Shown: piece by piece, positions 1-12,771 of the stretch | Numbering within the stretch: position 1 is the stretch's first letter | Layout: each line of letters begins with the position of its first letter | From: the human T2T-CHM13v2.0 reference genome, Homo sapiens | Strand: one strand, 5' to 3' | Assembly: GCF_009914755.1 (NCBI RefSeq) | Contig: NC_060934.1 | DNA length: 64,000 nt | The notes under the pieces: generated by a model | The model's database searches: none | The model's input: only the letters and a program-made list of their open reading frames with translations | Told to the model about the DNA's origin: nothing | Program-made: the position numbers and the translations under genes

Positions 1-1280
1 GTTCTCATTAGTTTCAAAGAACTTCTTGATTTCTGCTTTAATTTTATTATTACCAAAAAGTCATTCAGGAGCAGGTTATTCAATTTTCATGTAATTATGT
101 GGTTTTGAGATAATGTATTAGATTTGATTTCTAATTTGATTGCACTGTGGTCCAAGAGATTGTTTGTTACGGTTTCAGATATTTTGCATTTGCTGAGGAG
201 TGCTTTACTACCAATTATGAGACTAATTTTAGAGTAAGTGCGTGTGCTGATAAGGAGATAGTATATTTTGGTTTTTTGGGTGGAGAGTTTATAGATGTCT
301 ATCAGGTTCATTTGATCAAATGCTGCATTCAGCTACTCAATATCTTTGCTGGTTTTCTGTCTTGATGATCTGTCTAATATGGTAAATGGAATGTTAAAAT
401 CTCCCACTATCATTGTGTGGGAGTGTAAGTCTTTTTGAAAATCTCTAAGAACTTGCTTCATGAATCTGGGTGCTCCTGTGTTGGGTGCATGTATATTTAG
501 TATAGTTAGATCTTCATGTTGAATTGAACCCTTTACGATTATGTAATGCCCTTCTTTGTCTTTTCTTATCTTTGTTGGCTTAAAGTTTGTTTCATCTGAA
601 ACTAGGATTGTAACCTCTGATTTTTACTGTCTTCCATTTGCTTGGTAAAGTTTTCTCTATTCCTTTATTTTAAGCCTATGTGTGTCATTGTATGAAAGAT
701 ACCAATGGGTCTTGATCTTTATCCAGCTTGCCATTCTGTGCCTTTTAATTGGGGGCATTTAGCCCATTTACATTTAAGGTTAAGTATTGACATATGTGGA
801 TTTTATCCTTTCTTAATTGTGTTACCTGATTATTTTGCAGACTAGTTTAAGTGGTTGCTTTGTAGTGTCATAGGTCTGTGTACTTCAGTGTGTTTTTTTC
901 GTGCCTTGTAGCAGTCTTCTCTTTTCCTATTTAGTGCTTCCTTCAGGAGCGCTTATAAGGCACAGCTGGTGGTAATGAATTCCCTCAGCACTTCCTTATC
1001 TAAAAAGGATCTTATATCTTCTTTGCTTATGAAGCTTAGTTTGGGTGGATATTAAAGTCTGGGTTGGAATTTCTTTTCTTTAAAAATGTTGAATATTGGC
1101 CCCCAATCTCTTCTGGCTTGTAGAATTTCTGCTGGGAGTTTGCTGTTAGTTTGATGGGCTTCCTTTTCTAAGTGACCTGACCTGTCTTTCTAGCTGCCTT
1201 TAACGTTTTTTCTTCCATTTAGACCTTGGAGAATCGGATGATTATGTATTTTGGGGATGATCTTACATTGAAGTTTCTTA
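1..1280 (-). mobile_element. LINE-1 (L1PA-type) fragment: ORF2 endonuclease region and ORF1 3' part; runs off the window start
   Basis: Reverse strand encodes degenerate L1 endonuclease peptide (ORF 87..311: TYSKI...LLDHSAIKLEIK...QNH); typical antisense L1 text such as 'tctcttctggcttgtagaatttctgctg'. Confidence 0.93.
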
Positions 1281-1284
1281 TAAA

Positions 1285-1890
1285 TTTACACATACATTAA
1301 CCATATGACCCAGTAATTCCACTTCTAGATAATTAAGCAAAATAAATAAAAATGTATATATACAATACTAGTTTTACAAGAAAGATCTCAGTGGACATAT
1401 TCATGGTAAATCTAAACTGAAAATCCAGATGGTCACTGACAGGATCAAGCACAAATTGTGGTATATTAATAGAATGAAAAAATATTCAACAATAAAAAAG
1501 AACAAACTACTGAGGCTTGAAGCATGGATTAATCTTCAAAACATCATACTGGGTAAATAATGCCAGACACAAAACAATGAAAATTAAATTATTCAGTTAT
1601 GGCAGCAGGCATTACTAATTTAACTTGATAAAAAATTAGAACAGTGGTTGCCTGGAACCAGGGTTCGTAGTGGAGATGGAGAAGAATAGGAAGGAAGCGT
1701 GGATTGACTGCAAAAGGGCACCAGGAAATTTTGTGGGGTAATGGAAGTATCCCACATGTTGACTCTGATAGTGGTTATATTAATATCTTATATATACATA
1801 TATATGTTAAAACTTGTTGAACATTTCAATTACAATCTGTGCATTTCACTTGTGTGAATAATATCTGAATTTTTTAAATTTGAAAAATTA
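1285..1890 (+). mobile_element. Old L1M (L1ME-like) 3' end
   Basis: 'ccatatgacccagtaattccacttctag...aaattgtggtatatt...aagaacaaactactg' matches L1M 3' end; heavily diverged. Confidence 0.75.
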
Positions 1891-2027
1891 AATAGGGGTT
1901 AAACATTTTAGAATATAATGTATATTCTCTTCACCTGTAATATATGTCTTTAAAATTTTCCAGGGATAAAACTCTGGACTAAACAGAAGACAATTAAGAA
2001 TGGTATATTGCAGTAATTTTCTCAGAT

Positions 2028-2068
2028 ATTTATTTTATTTTATTTTATTTTATTTTATTTTATTTTTT
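2028..2068. repeat. (TTTTA)n microsatellite
   Basis: Direct reading of repeated tattt units. Confidence 0.95.
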
Positions 2069-2614
2069 CTACTGATAAATTTAAGTAGTCAATACATAAG
2101 ATGGTTATTCATTATCGGTGGCATTCTTTTCATCTCTAAACCTATGAGATATACACTGATTAATGTTTAAAGATACTTGGATGACTTTGGACCGACCCTA
2201 GCCAATCAGTGGTGATATCCAGTGATCAGCATGATTGCTCAGCCTGTAATTCATCACCTTGAAATATACAGTACATGATGCAATGCTGATTTACTGTCTC
2301 AGCCACTTCAACAGTTCTTATCATCACCTAAGTGAAACTTGACAATTGATAGAGTGAAAAAGATTGAAAAACATGAAGGCTTAATCTCACAAAACAATTA
2401 TTTTTAAAACTACAAGTTATTCAAAATTTTCATTTTAAATTAAAATGACTAATTGAATTTTCCTGCAAATCATCTCAATTTGTTTATACATTTCTCACTG
2501 ACTCTACTCATATTTTTTCTCTCCTTCCTTGTGTAGTCATGAAAAAAGAGCTATATTGCTCTGAATAGAAAGCAATAAAAAGGTTTTAAGGTTTTCTTCC
2601 ACAAAACTTACATA

Positions 2615-2850
2615 CAGAGGCAGTATGTATAGTCAATAAGAGAACACTACTTAGAGTTGTATCACCCAACCACACCACTTATACAATATGTGTGATATTA
2701 GTTAATTTATCTAACTTTCTGAACCAAATTTCCATCACAATTAAGATAATTAAAGATGCCTACACCATAGAGTTGTGAGAAATTTCATGCTTAGTCCAGT
2801 GCCTAATAGTCTTTAAGCACGTAACACAGTAAATATGTAAGTTTATTATT
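2615..2850 (+). mobile_element. MIR SINE
   Basis: Degenerate MIR core 'tgtgtgatattagttaatttatctaactttctgaacc...cctacaccatagagttgtgaga'. Confidence 0.65.
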
Positions 2851-3208
2851 TTCTGCGGATTTCTTTGTTTTCAGGTTTGCAGAAAGCTCTTCTGTAATAT
2901 AAGAACACCAGTCCGAATCAAAGATTTATTGAGAATATTGATGTTAAATTAGATTATTCACACATGAAATAGATTAAATAATATTTTTGCTAAGACAAGC
3001 AAAGGCTTAAATGAAAATCAATGGAATGAGTAGTTGCCATACATTGCCTGGTCCACAACAATCATTTCTGCTCTGTTCACTGATGATTCTAAACTATCAT
3101 TGCAGGGCAATTACTGTATATAATAGATATCAGTTCCTGCAGATAGCAATAAATGTTTTTGAATAAACAAATAGTTATATAGAGAAACAATAAAAAATAC
3201 TCAAGGAC

Positions 3209-3277
3209 TATGTGTGTATGTGTGTGCATGTATGTATGTATGCATGCATGTGTGCAAATGTATGTGTATGTGTATAT
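3209..3277. repeat. (TG/TATG)n low-complexity repeat
   Basis: Direct reading. Confidence 0.85.
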
Positions 3278-4329
3278 GGTTTGGTTTTGTTGGAATGAGG
3301 TTGGTGTTAATAGTAAAATTCAGAAAACTGGGGCATCAACAGGTTGATTGATATTTTGAGTCTCTGGATTTTGTCCCCGCTATTCAAAGGTGACATATTT
3401 TACTGCAAATTATTTCAAGTATTTATAACATGGTGAAATAATCTAAATAAAAGTATTGTAAAAATACATTAAAATCACATGCCTAATTTTTGAACTTTCA
3501 AAAGCATGGCTCTTGATGTTTAACCTGTTTGCTATACCTATAATGTAAAACTAAACTTACTTATCTTTTAAGAAAGACCATTAGTTAATTTGATCAGAAG
3601 AATACTATCAACACCGGGTAGCAAAAATTTAAAGCATTTTACAAAGACCCTCACAAAAACATTGTGTAGTGGACAAAAGGATTTCTGAATTTTATAGCTA
3701 TAACAATAGTCCATAGGTCTCTCTTATTTTTCAGACTGCCTCCACCTGCATATGACAAAAGCATATAAAATCCAATATGGGGAAAATATAAATTATTTTC
3801 CTCAACAAAACCATCCAATTTTCTCATACACATGTAACTATCTATCCAGCTACCCAAATGAGAAACTTGGTATTTATTCTAGATGATTTTTTTCTCACTC
3901 ATCCAACGACATAATTTCAGGCAATTTTATTTTTCAATAGTGTCTACATTTTCCGTTTTCTATTTCCTTTTTTCTCAATCTCGTTCTATCCCTCATCTTT
4001 CTTGCCCATATTTTTATTGCAAAAATAATTGGATAATGTTTAGTACTGACTTATACTCAACTACAAATAAAACCTCTTCCTAGCAATTTAATTAAAATGT
4101 TCAAAAGTTTAAAATAATATATATAATTTATGTTCTGTTTGTATGAAAATTAATAGACAAATGTATTTGTGTCTTGTGTGTGCTCATCTTCATTGGAAAA
4201 AAATAGAAGGACACATATCAACCTGATTACAGTTACTTGTGAGGAGAAAAGTATAAAGAAAGATAGGGTAAGTAAAGCAATATTTCTGTCAGAATTCTTT
4301 GTTTATCTGTGTCATGTGAAAGTTTTTAC

Positions 4330-4970
4330 GGTCTAGCCCCTTAACTGAGATTCAGTTAAACAGTTCAGTGGATTAACTGATGTTTTTCCTTTCTCACATA
4401 ATCACATTGTTATGGCCATAACAGCGTCCTGAATAGGTCATTCATTTGAGCGTGAGCACTTCTAGCTTTGCATGTTGATGCATGTACTCACCAGCAGTCA
4501 CCTGTCTTTCCAGCAGTTACCTGTAATTGAATAACTCAACTATATATTATGTTAAGATACAATATGACTGCAAAAAAAGAATTGCTTCAGTGAAAAAATA
4601 AGTTAAATACTTTGAAAGACTAAATGAACAAGGGTTGTTAAGACATTTCTGTCAAATTTGGGATGAGTGATTCAACTAGTAGGAAAATGTATGGACATGT
4701 AAAGGAATATTCCAATCTTATCTGTGGATTACTCATACAGAATAAATTGAAACATATCACAGACTATTATGAATATGTATTATGTGGGTATCTAAATGCA
4801 GGTCTGCACAAAGAAGAGGCCTTGAATATACTCCTAAATTTGCCGAATCAAAGTACACTTATGTTTTGACAAGATAAAGTGTTTAATGTACATGCTTATT
4901 TTTTTATTTACCTCTCTTTCAACTAATCAGCAGACTACTATTCCAAACCATGTTAAATAAAAGCAGTTAC
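4330..4970 (+). mobile_element. Probable ancient Tigger-type (TcMar) DNA transposon remnant
   Basis: 4590-4700 resembles a decayed pogo/Tigger N-terminal HTH coding segment; no intact ORF; subfamily not determined. Confidence 0.4.
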
Positions 4971-5324
4971 GAAATATTTATCACTTCAGCATGTAAAATC
5001 AATTTTAGAAATATGTTGATTGATAATACATGCTCAGCTTATGAATTAAAGTGTGAATAGGCCTTATTTTTAATAACTTGATACATGTATTTCATTTACA
5101 ATTAATGGAAACATCAGTGAAAAAATGTCAGAATATTGAGGAAAAATGACAGAACTGAAAAAATATATTTTGAAGAAATCATATTTATTGTCTTTGATTC
5201 CTGATTTTGTTAATTTTAATTTGGAAAAAAAATTATGAAATATGTCTGTATAATAAATATAGAACCTTATTTTATGTGAGAGAATAAGAGCAGAAAATGT
5301 AGAATCTATGTTTACTTTGTTTTG

Positions 5325-5585
5325 TCATTTTATTTTGAAATAATTTTAGATTTATAGAAAAGTTATAAAGAAAATTCAGAAAATTTCCATATTCCTTTAA
5401 CCCAGCTTCGCCCAATGTAAAACTTACATACTTATCATATAACAATTATCAACACTAAAAATTAAATTGCTAAAATACTGCTAACAAAACTAAATGCATT
5501 ATTTACATTTTGTCAGTTTTTTCAATAATACACTTTTTCTGTCCTATGATTAGTTCAGGATACTATGTGTACTTAGTTAAGACTT
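5325..5585 (-). mobile_element. L1MC-like 3' end (host, left part)
   Basis: 'tttattttgaaataattttagatttatagaaaagtt' is a typical L1MC terminus; continues at ~10757 after the L1PA insertion. Confidence 0.75.
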
Positions 5586-6381
5586 TTTAAAAAAACTTTT
5601 TTTTAGGTTTAAGGATACATGTGTAGGTTTGTTATATAGGTAAACTTCATGTCATGAGGTTTGACATACAGATTATTTCATCACCCAGGTAGTAAGCATA
5701 GTACTTGATAGATAGTTTTTGGATCCTCACTCTCTTTCCACAATCATTCCCCAAGTAGGTCTTGGAATCTGTTGTTTCCTTCTTTATACACACATGTACG
5801 GGATATTCAGCTCCCACTTATAAGTAAGAAAATGTGATATATGGTTTTCTCTTCCTGTGTTAATTCACTTAGGATAATGGCCTACAGCTCCAACCATATT
5901 GCTGCAAAGGACGTGATCTCAATCTCTTTTATGGTTGCATAGTATTCCATGGTGTATGTGTAGAATATTTTCTGTATCCAGTCTATCATTGATGGGCATT
6001 TAGATTGATTCCATGTCTTTGCTATTGCGAATGGTGCTGTGATGAATGGTGCATGTATCTTTATGGTAGAACGATTTATATCCCTTTGGGTATATATCCA
6101 ATAATGGGGATTGCTTGATTGAATGATAATTCCATTTTAAGTTATTTGAGAAATTGCAAAACTGCTTTCTACATTAGCTGAACAAATTTATATTCCTAAC
6201 AGCAGTGTGTAAGTGTTCCCTTTTCTCCACAACTTTGCCAACATCTGTTATTTTTTGACTTTTTAATAATAACCTTTCTGACTGGTATGAGATGGTACCC
6301 CATTGTGGTTTTGATTTGCATTTCTATAATGACTAGTGATGTTGAGCTTTTTTTTGTATGCTTGTTGGCCAAGTGTATGTC

Positions 6382-6662
6382 TTTTTTTTTTTTTTTTTTG
6401 AGATGAAGTTTTACTCTTTTTGCCCACAGTGGAGTGCAATGGCACGATCTCGACACACTGAAACCTCTGTCTCCCTTGTTCAAGCAATTCTCCTGTCTCA
6501 GCCTCTTGAGTAGCTGGGATTACAGGCCAATTCTTGGTATTTTTAGTAGAGATGGGGCCTCACCATGTTGGCCAGGCTGGTCTCGAACTCCTGACTTCAG
6601 GTGATCCATTCGTCCCGGTCTCCCAAAATGCTGGGATTACAGGTGTGAGCCACCGCACTAGA
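6382..6662 (-). mobile_element. AluS (Sq/Sp-like) inserted in L1, with small internal deletion
   Basis: Poly-T followed by antisense Alu; flanking TSD 'gtgtatgtcttttttt'. Confidence 0.95.
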
Positions 6663-6886
6663 TGTGTATGTCTTTTTTTGAGAAGTATCTCTTCATGCCA
6701 TTTGCCCACTTTTTATTTGTTTTTTGCTTTTAAACTTAAGTTCCTTATAATTCTGAATACGATACCTTTGTCAGATGCATAGTTTACAAATCTTTTCTCC
6801 CACTCTGTAGATTGTCTGTTTAATCTGTTGATGGCTTCTTTTGCTGTGCAGAAGCTCTTTAGTTTAATTAGGTCTCATTTGTCAAT

Positions 6887-7158
6887 TTTTTTTTTTTTTG
6901 AGACAGGCTGGAGTGCAGTCACACAATCATGGCTCACCGCAGCCTTGACCTCCTGGGCTCAATCAATCCTCCCACCTCCACATCCCGAGCAGCTGGGACT
7001 AAAGGTACGCACCACCACGCTCGACTAATTTTTGTATTTTCTGTAGACGTGAGGTTTCATCATGTTGCCCAGGCTGGTCTCAAACTCCAGGGCTCAAGCA
7101 ATCCACCTCAGCCTCCCAAAGTGCTGGGATTATAGGCATGAGTTCCCGCACATGACCC
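6887..7158 (-). mobile_element. AluJ inserted in L1
   Basis: J diagnostics 'catggctcaccgcagccttgacctcctgggctca'; TSD 'caattttt'. Confidence 0.93.
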
Positions 7159-9100
7159 AATTTTTGTTTTTGCTGCAATTGCTTTTGACATCTTCATCAT
7201 GAAATCTTTGCCAGGTCCTATGTCCAGAGTACTATTTCCTAGGTTATCTTCTAGGGGTTTTATAGTTTTAGGTCTTATATTTAAGCCTTTAATTCATCTT
7301 GGGTTGGTTTATGTATATGGGGTGAGGAAGAGGTCCAGTTTTAATCTTCTGCATATGGCTAGCAAGTTTTTGCAGCATCATTTATTGAATAGGAGAAAGT
7401 CCTGCCTCCATTGCTTGTTTTTACAGACTTCTTCAAAGGTTAGATGGTTGTAGGTGTTCAGCTTTATTTCTGGGCTCTCTATTCTGTTCCATTGGTCTAT
7501 GTGTCTGTTTTTCTACTGGTACCATGCTGTTTTGGTTACTGTAGCCTTGTACATAGTTTGAAGTTGGGTAACCTGATGGCCTCAGCTCTGTTCTTTTTGC
7601 TTAAGATTGCATTGGCTATTTGGGCTCTTTCTTGGTTTTATATGAATTTTAGAATTTTTTTAAATTCTGTGAAGAATGTCATTGGTGGTTTGATAGGAAT
7701 ATCATTAAATCCATAAATTACTCTGAGCAATATGGTCACTTTAACAATATTGATTCTTCCTATCCAAGAACATGAAAAGTTTTTCCATTTGTTTATGTCA
7801 TCTCTAATTTATTTGATAAGTAAATAAATTAGAGGTCTTTCACCTCTTTAGTTAGCTGTATTCCCAGATGTTTTATTCTTTTTGCACCTCTTGTGAATAT
7901 GATTGTTATTCATGATTTGGCTCTCATCTTAGATGTTGTTTGTGTACAGGAATACTATGAATTTTTGTACATTGGTTTTGTATTCTGAAACTTTGCTAAA
8001 GTTCTTTATCAGATCAAGACACTTTTGGGCAGAGACTATGGGGTTTTCTAGGTATATACTCATATCATTTGCACACAGAATAGTTTGACTTCCTTTCTTC
8101 CTATTTGGATGCCTTTCATTTCTTTTTCTTGCCTAATTGTTCTGGCCAGGACTTCCAGTATTATGTTGAATGGGATTGGTGAGAGAGGGCATCCTTGTCT
8201 TGTAGTGATTTTCAAAGGGAATGCTTCCAGCTTTTGTATTTTCAGTATGATGTTGGCTGTGGTTTGCCATATATGGATTTTATAATTTTGAGAAATATTC
8301 CTTCAATGCCTAGTTTGTTGAAGGTTTTTAACATAAAGCGATGTTGAATTTTATTGCAAACTTTGCCTTCATTTATTGAGATAATTGTGGCTTTTGTTTT
8401 TAGTTCTGTTTATGTTATGACTCTCATTTATTGATTTGCATATGTTGAACCAACCTTGCATCCCAAGTGTAAAGCCTACTTGATCATGGTGGATTAGGTT
8501 TTTGATGTGCTACTGAATTCAGTTTGCTAGTGTTTTGTTGAGGATTTTGGCATCTATGTTCAACAAGAATGTTGGCCTGGAGTTTTCTATTTTTTTGGTG
8601 TATCTCTGCCAGATATTGGTATCGAGGTGATGCTGACTTCATAGAAGTCATTTAGGGAGTAGTCTCTCTCTCCTCCTCAATTTTTTTGGAATAGTTTCAG
8701 TAGAATGCTACCAGCTCTTTTTCTATATGTCTGGAAGAAGTCAGCTGTGAATCTGTCTTGTCCAGGGCTTTTTTTATTGGCAGGCTTTTTATTACTGATT
8801 CAATTTCAGAACTCTGTTCAGGTTTCTTCCTAGTTTAGTCTTTGGAGTTTGTATGTGTCCAGAAACTTATCTTCTTCTTCTAGATTTTCTGGCTTCGTGT
8901 ATAGTGGTATTTGTAGTGGTCTCTGGGATTTTTTGTTGTATTTAGTGGGGTCAGTGGTAACATCCCCTTTGTCATTTCTAATTGTGTTTATTTGAATCCT
9001 CTCTTTTTCTTTATTAATCTAGCTAACAGTTTATGTGTCTTACTAATTTTTTTCAAACGACCAACTCCTGACTTCATTGCTCTTTCATATGGTTTTTCAC

Positions 9101-9430
9101 CATAAAGACAGAAAAATGCTGTAGCATTTTTCAGTATATTATGCTTTATTTAAAAATGCAATTCAGTTTTACAGATGTATCTATCACATTTTATTTATAT
9201 TTGGATCCATTTTTAAGCATTGCATATTTCCACTTTTTGGCTATTACAAATAATGCTATTGTAAACATTCATGTATACATTTTTGTATGAACATATGTTT
9301 TTATTTCATTTGATTTTAGACATAAAAAATAAATTTCTGGGTAATATGATGTTTAATATTTTGCGGAACTGCCAAACTGATTCCAGAGTGGCCACATCAT
9401 TGACAATTGTGGGGCATTCCCATCATTTCC
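9101..9430. repeat. Local duplication of 13073-13382 inserted into the L1PA15-like element
   Basis: 9116-9426 aligns co-linearly to 13073-13382 at roughly 92% by eye; host L1 resumes at ~9431. Confidence 0.93.
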
Positions 9431-10756
9431 CATCTCAATTTCCTTTAGTTTCTCTCTGATTTTAGTTTTCTCTCTGGTTTTGGTTACTTCTTGTATACCA
9501 ACTTTCCAATTGATTTGTTCTTATTTCTTTCATTCCTCTAGTTGTGACAATAGGTTGTTACTTTGAGCTCTTTCTAATTTTTTGATGTGGGCATTTACTG
9601 CTATAATTCTCCCCCTTAACACTGCCCTAGCTGTGTCCCAGAGATTCTGGTGTATTTTTAGTTTCAAATAATTTTTTAATTTCTACCTTGGTTTCATTAT
9701 TTATCCAAAAGTCATTCAGGAGCTGGTTATTTCATTTCCATGTAATTATATGGTTTTGAGCAATTTTCTTAGTATTGATTTTTATTTTCCTTGCACTATG
9801 TTCCATTGTGTTTGGTATGATTTCAGGTTTTCTGAATTTGCTGAGGATTGTTTTATGTTTGATTGTTGTGTGGTCAATTTTAGAGTATGTGCCATGTCCA
9901 GATGAGAAGAATGCATATACTCTTGTCTTTTGGTTGCATGCTCTACAGATATCTATTAGGTCCATTTGGTCAAATGTCAAACTCAGGTTCTGACCATCTT
10001 TATTATTTTCTACCTCAATGATCTGTCTAATACTTTCAGTGGGTGTGAAGTTTTCTGCTATTTTTGTGTGGTTACCTAAGTCTTTCCCTAGTTCTTTAAA
10101 AACTTGCTTTATGAATTTGAGTGTTCCTGTATTGGGTGTGTGTATAGGGTATTTAGATCTTCTTGTTGAATTGAGCTCTTTACCATTATGTAATGTCCTT
10201 CTTTGTCTTTTCTGATCTTTGTTGGTTTAAAGTCTGCTTGTCTGAAATTAGGATAGAAATCCCTTCTTTTTTCTGTTTTCCGTTTGCTTGGTAGATTTTT
10301 CTCCATCCCTTTTCTTTGAGCCTATGGGTGTCATTGCATATGAGATGGGTCTCTTGAAGACAGCATACTGTTGGGTCGTGCTTCTTTATCCAAGTTAAAA
10401 ATTCTGTACCTTTTAATTGGAGCAATTAGCCCATTTACATTCAAGGTTAGTACTGATATGTGCAGATTTTCCCTGTTATATTGTTTGCTCTTTATTACAC
10501 AGACTTGACTGTGTGGTTGCTTCATAGTGTTACTGGTCTATGTACTTAAGTATGCTTTTGTAGTGATTCCTTTCCAGGTTTAGCATTCCCTTCAGGACCC
10601 CTTGTAAGGCAAGTCTGGTGGTAATGAAATCCCAGCATTTGCTTGTCTAAAAATAATCTTATTTCCCCTACACTTATAAAGCTTAGTTTGGATATGAAAT
10701 TCTTGGTTGAAAATAATTTTCTTAGTAATTCAAAATATAGTCACAATTTTACTTCA

Positions 10757-12770
10757 AGTCTCTTTAGTCTCCTGTTATCTGTAATGGTTTTTTGGTCTTT
10801 TCTTGTCTTCCATAACCTTAACACTTGAAAAGAACTAGTCAGCTATTTTGCAGACTAGGGCTTATCCATATTTTATCATGATTAGACTGGGATTACGAGT
10901 TTAAAAAAAACTACTACAAAGGTGAAGTGCCCTGCTTATCATATCATATCAGGGGTACAGAATATCAACATAATTTAATCCTGGTGACATTAACTTGAAT
11001 CACTTGGGTAACATGTCATCTACCAGGTGTTCTCCATTGCAAAGTTACTGTTTTCCCTTTCCATTCTCTGTATGTTAAAAATAGTCACTAAGTACAGTTT
11101 GCACTCAAGAAAAGGGGTATTTAAGTCCACTTGCTAGAGAGAGAAATACTAAATTATCTGTGGACCTAGGTGAGCAGATCACAAGGTCAAGAGATTGAGA
11201 CCATCCTGGCTAACACAATGAAACCCTGTCTCTACTAAAAATACACAAATTAGCTGGGCGTGTTGGTGCGCACCTGTAGTCCCAGCTACTCAGGGAGCTG
11301 AGGCAGGAGAAACACTTGAACCCAGGAGGCAGAGGTTGCAGTGAGCCGAGATTGTGCCACTGCACTCAAGCCTGGGCGACAGAGTGAGACTTCATCTCAA
11401 AAAACAAAAACAAAAACAAACAAACAAATATTTTGTTTCTTCTTAACGTTTTGTCCACTAATTTTAATTTTTGCATTTTTATTTAATTTGCCTTCAGCAT
11501 TTATTTCTGTGGTTCTTTTCTCCATTTATAATTTGGAATTATTTTGTAAGAAATAATTCATCCACAATTCTTTACTTAGTCATTTATATCAGTAGAATCA
11601 TAGATATTTACTTTAGTCTATGGTCATAATCTAATATATAATACTTATTTTGCTTTCACATTGTCTAAACATGGGCCATTAGGAACTTTTTCTAAATGGT
11701 TCATGTATTTTTTCAACATGCATCTGTTCTTTCATTTTTTGAAGCATTTTCTTTAGACCTTTTAGTTTTCTGACATTACAAGATGCCCCAGGCTCATCTT
11801 ATATTTCCCTTTTCCCACTCTACCTAAAAACCTGCCATTTCTCCAAGGAGTTCTGGCTTTTTTTCCTGAAAAATTGTTTTGGAAATCAAAATCATAGGTT
11901 TACACAGCTATCTCCTAGTCTAGTCTAGTGTCACAGGGTTTATTCTACTATTACTTTAGTGGTTATTTGTAGCTTCCTTCTCTGACAGTGATTATCTCAT
12001 TCTCATTATCTACAAATGTTTACTTATTATTTCAACCTTTGTATACAAGAAAGATATTTTCAGAATTGTTATTCTGTAAATATGTAAGAAATAAATTTAG
12101 CAACTAGAGTACAGTGTTTTTGTAGAATTCTTTTTGTCTGTAGAATCAAGTCGAACACAGTATTCCAAAGTGACTCAGGTCAGCTATTTTTTTCCAGCCC
12201 CTTCATGAGGTTATGTCACACATTTAAAATACAGCTAGAATAATTTGTCACAGTCACATTTCACCTTGAGTTTCTTGAACTTTCTGTTTTTATTGTTTGT
12301 TTGCTTTTTTAATTTGCACACAGTAGGGTTCACTCTTTATGGTATACAGTTCTACAGAGTTTGACAAATGCATAGAACCATGTATCCACCACTACAGAAC
12401 TTTGCAGAACTGTTCCATTATCATTACAATTTATCTGAGTGATGACTTTGTAGGGAACATCTCTCCCCTCCCCAATCCTGGCAACCACTGAGTTTTTTTT
12501 ATTGTTCTCATAGTTTTGACTTTTCTAAATGTCATATAAATGGAATTTTTAAATATATAGATTTTTGTGTCTGGCTTCTTTTACTTATCAAAATACATTT
12601 TGAGTTACAATTTTCTTGATTCAATCAATGTTATGTTCCTTTTTATTTCTGCCTGTATTCTGTTTTGTGAATATACTCCAATTTGCTTGTCTACACACAT
12701 CTGCTGAAGGATATCTGGGTTGTTTCCAGTATTTGGTGACTAAGAACTAAGTTGTATACACAATCACACG
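10757..12770 (-). mobile_element. L1MC/L1ME-like fragments (host, right part)
   Basis: 'gtctctttagtctcc' continues the L1MC 3'UTR interrupted at ~5585; further old L1 3' ends at 12310-12770. Confidence 0.7.
11167..11430 (+). mobile_element. 5'-truncated AluSc-like
   Basis: 'gatcacaaggtcaagagattgagaccatcctggctaac'; (CAAAA)n tail. Confidence 0.92.
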
Positions 12771-12771
12771 G

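Larger units (their letters stand above)
5594..10722 (-). mobile_element. 5'-truncated LINE-1, L1PA15-like (3'UTR, decayed ORF2, end of ORF1); interrupted by two Alus and a templated insertion
   Basis: 3'UTR 'ttgttatataggtaaac...cacccaggtagtaagcatagtac'; ORF2 remnants on the minus strand (6196..6483 [20 protein letters not shown]; 9732..9980 and 10109..10525 endonuclease: TLNVNGL, CCLQETHL, GHYIMVK); many frameshifts. Confidence 0.93.

Noticed and set aside
1-1080. Similarity between 1-1080 and ~9655-10720 as a segmental duplication
   Set aside because: Both are homologous L1 ORF1/ORF2 regions with many independent differences, so they are separate insertions.
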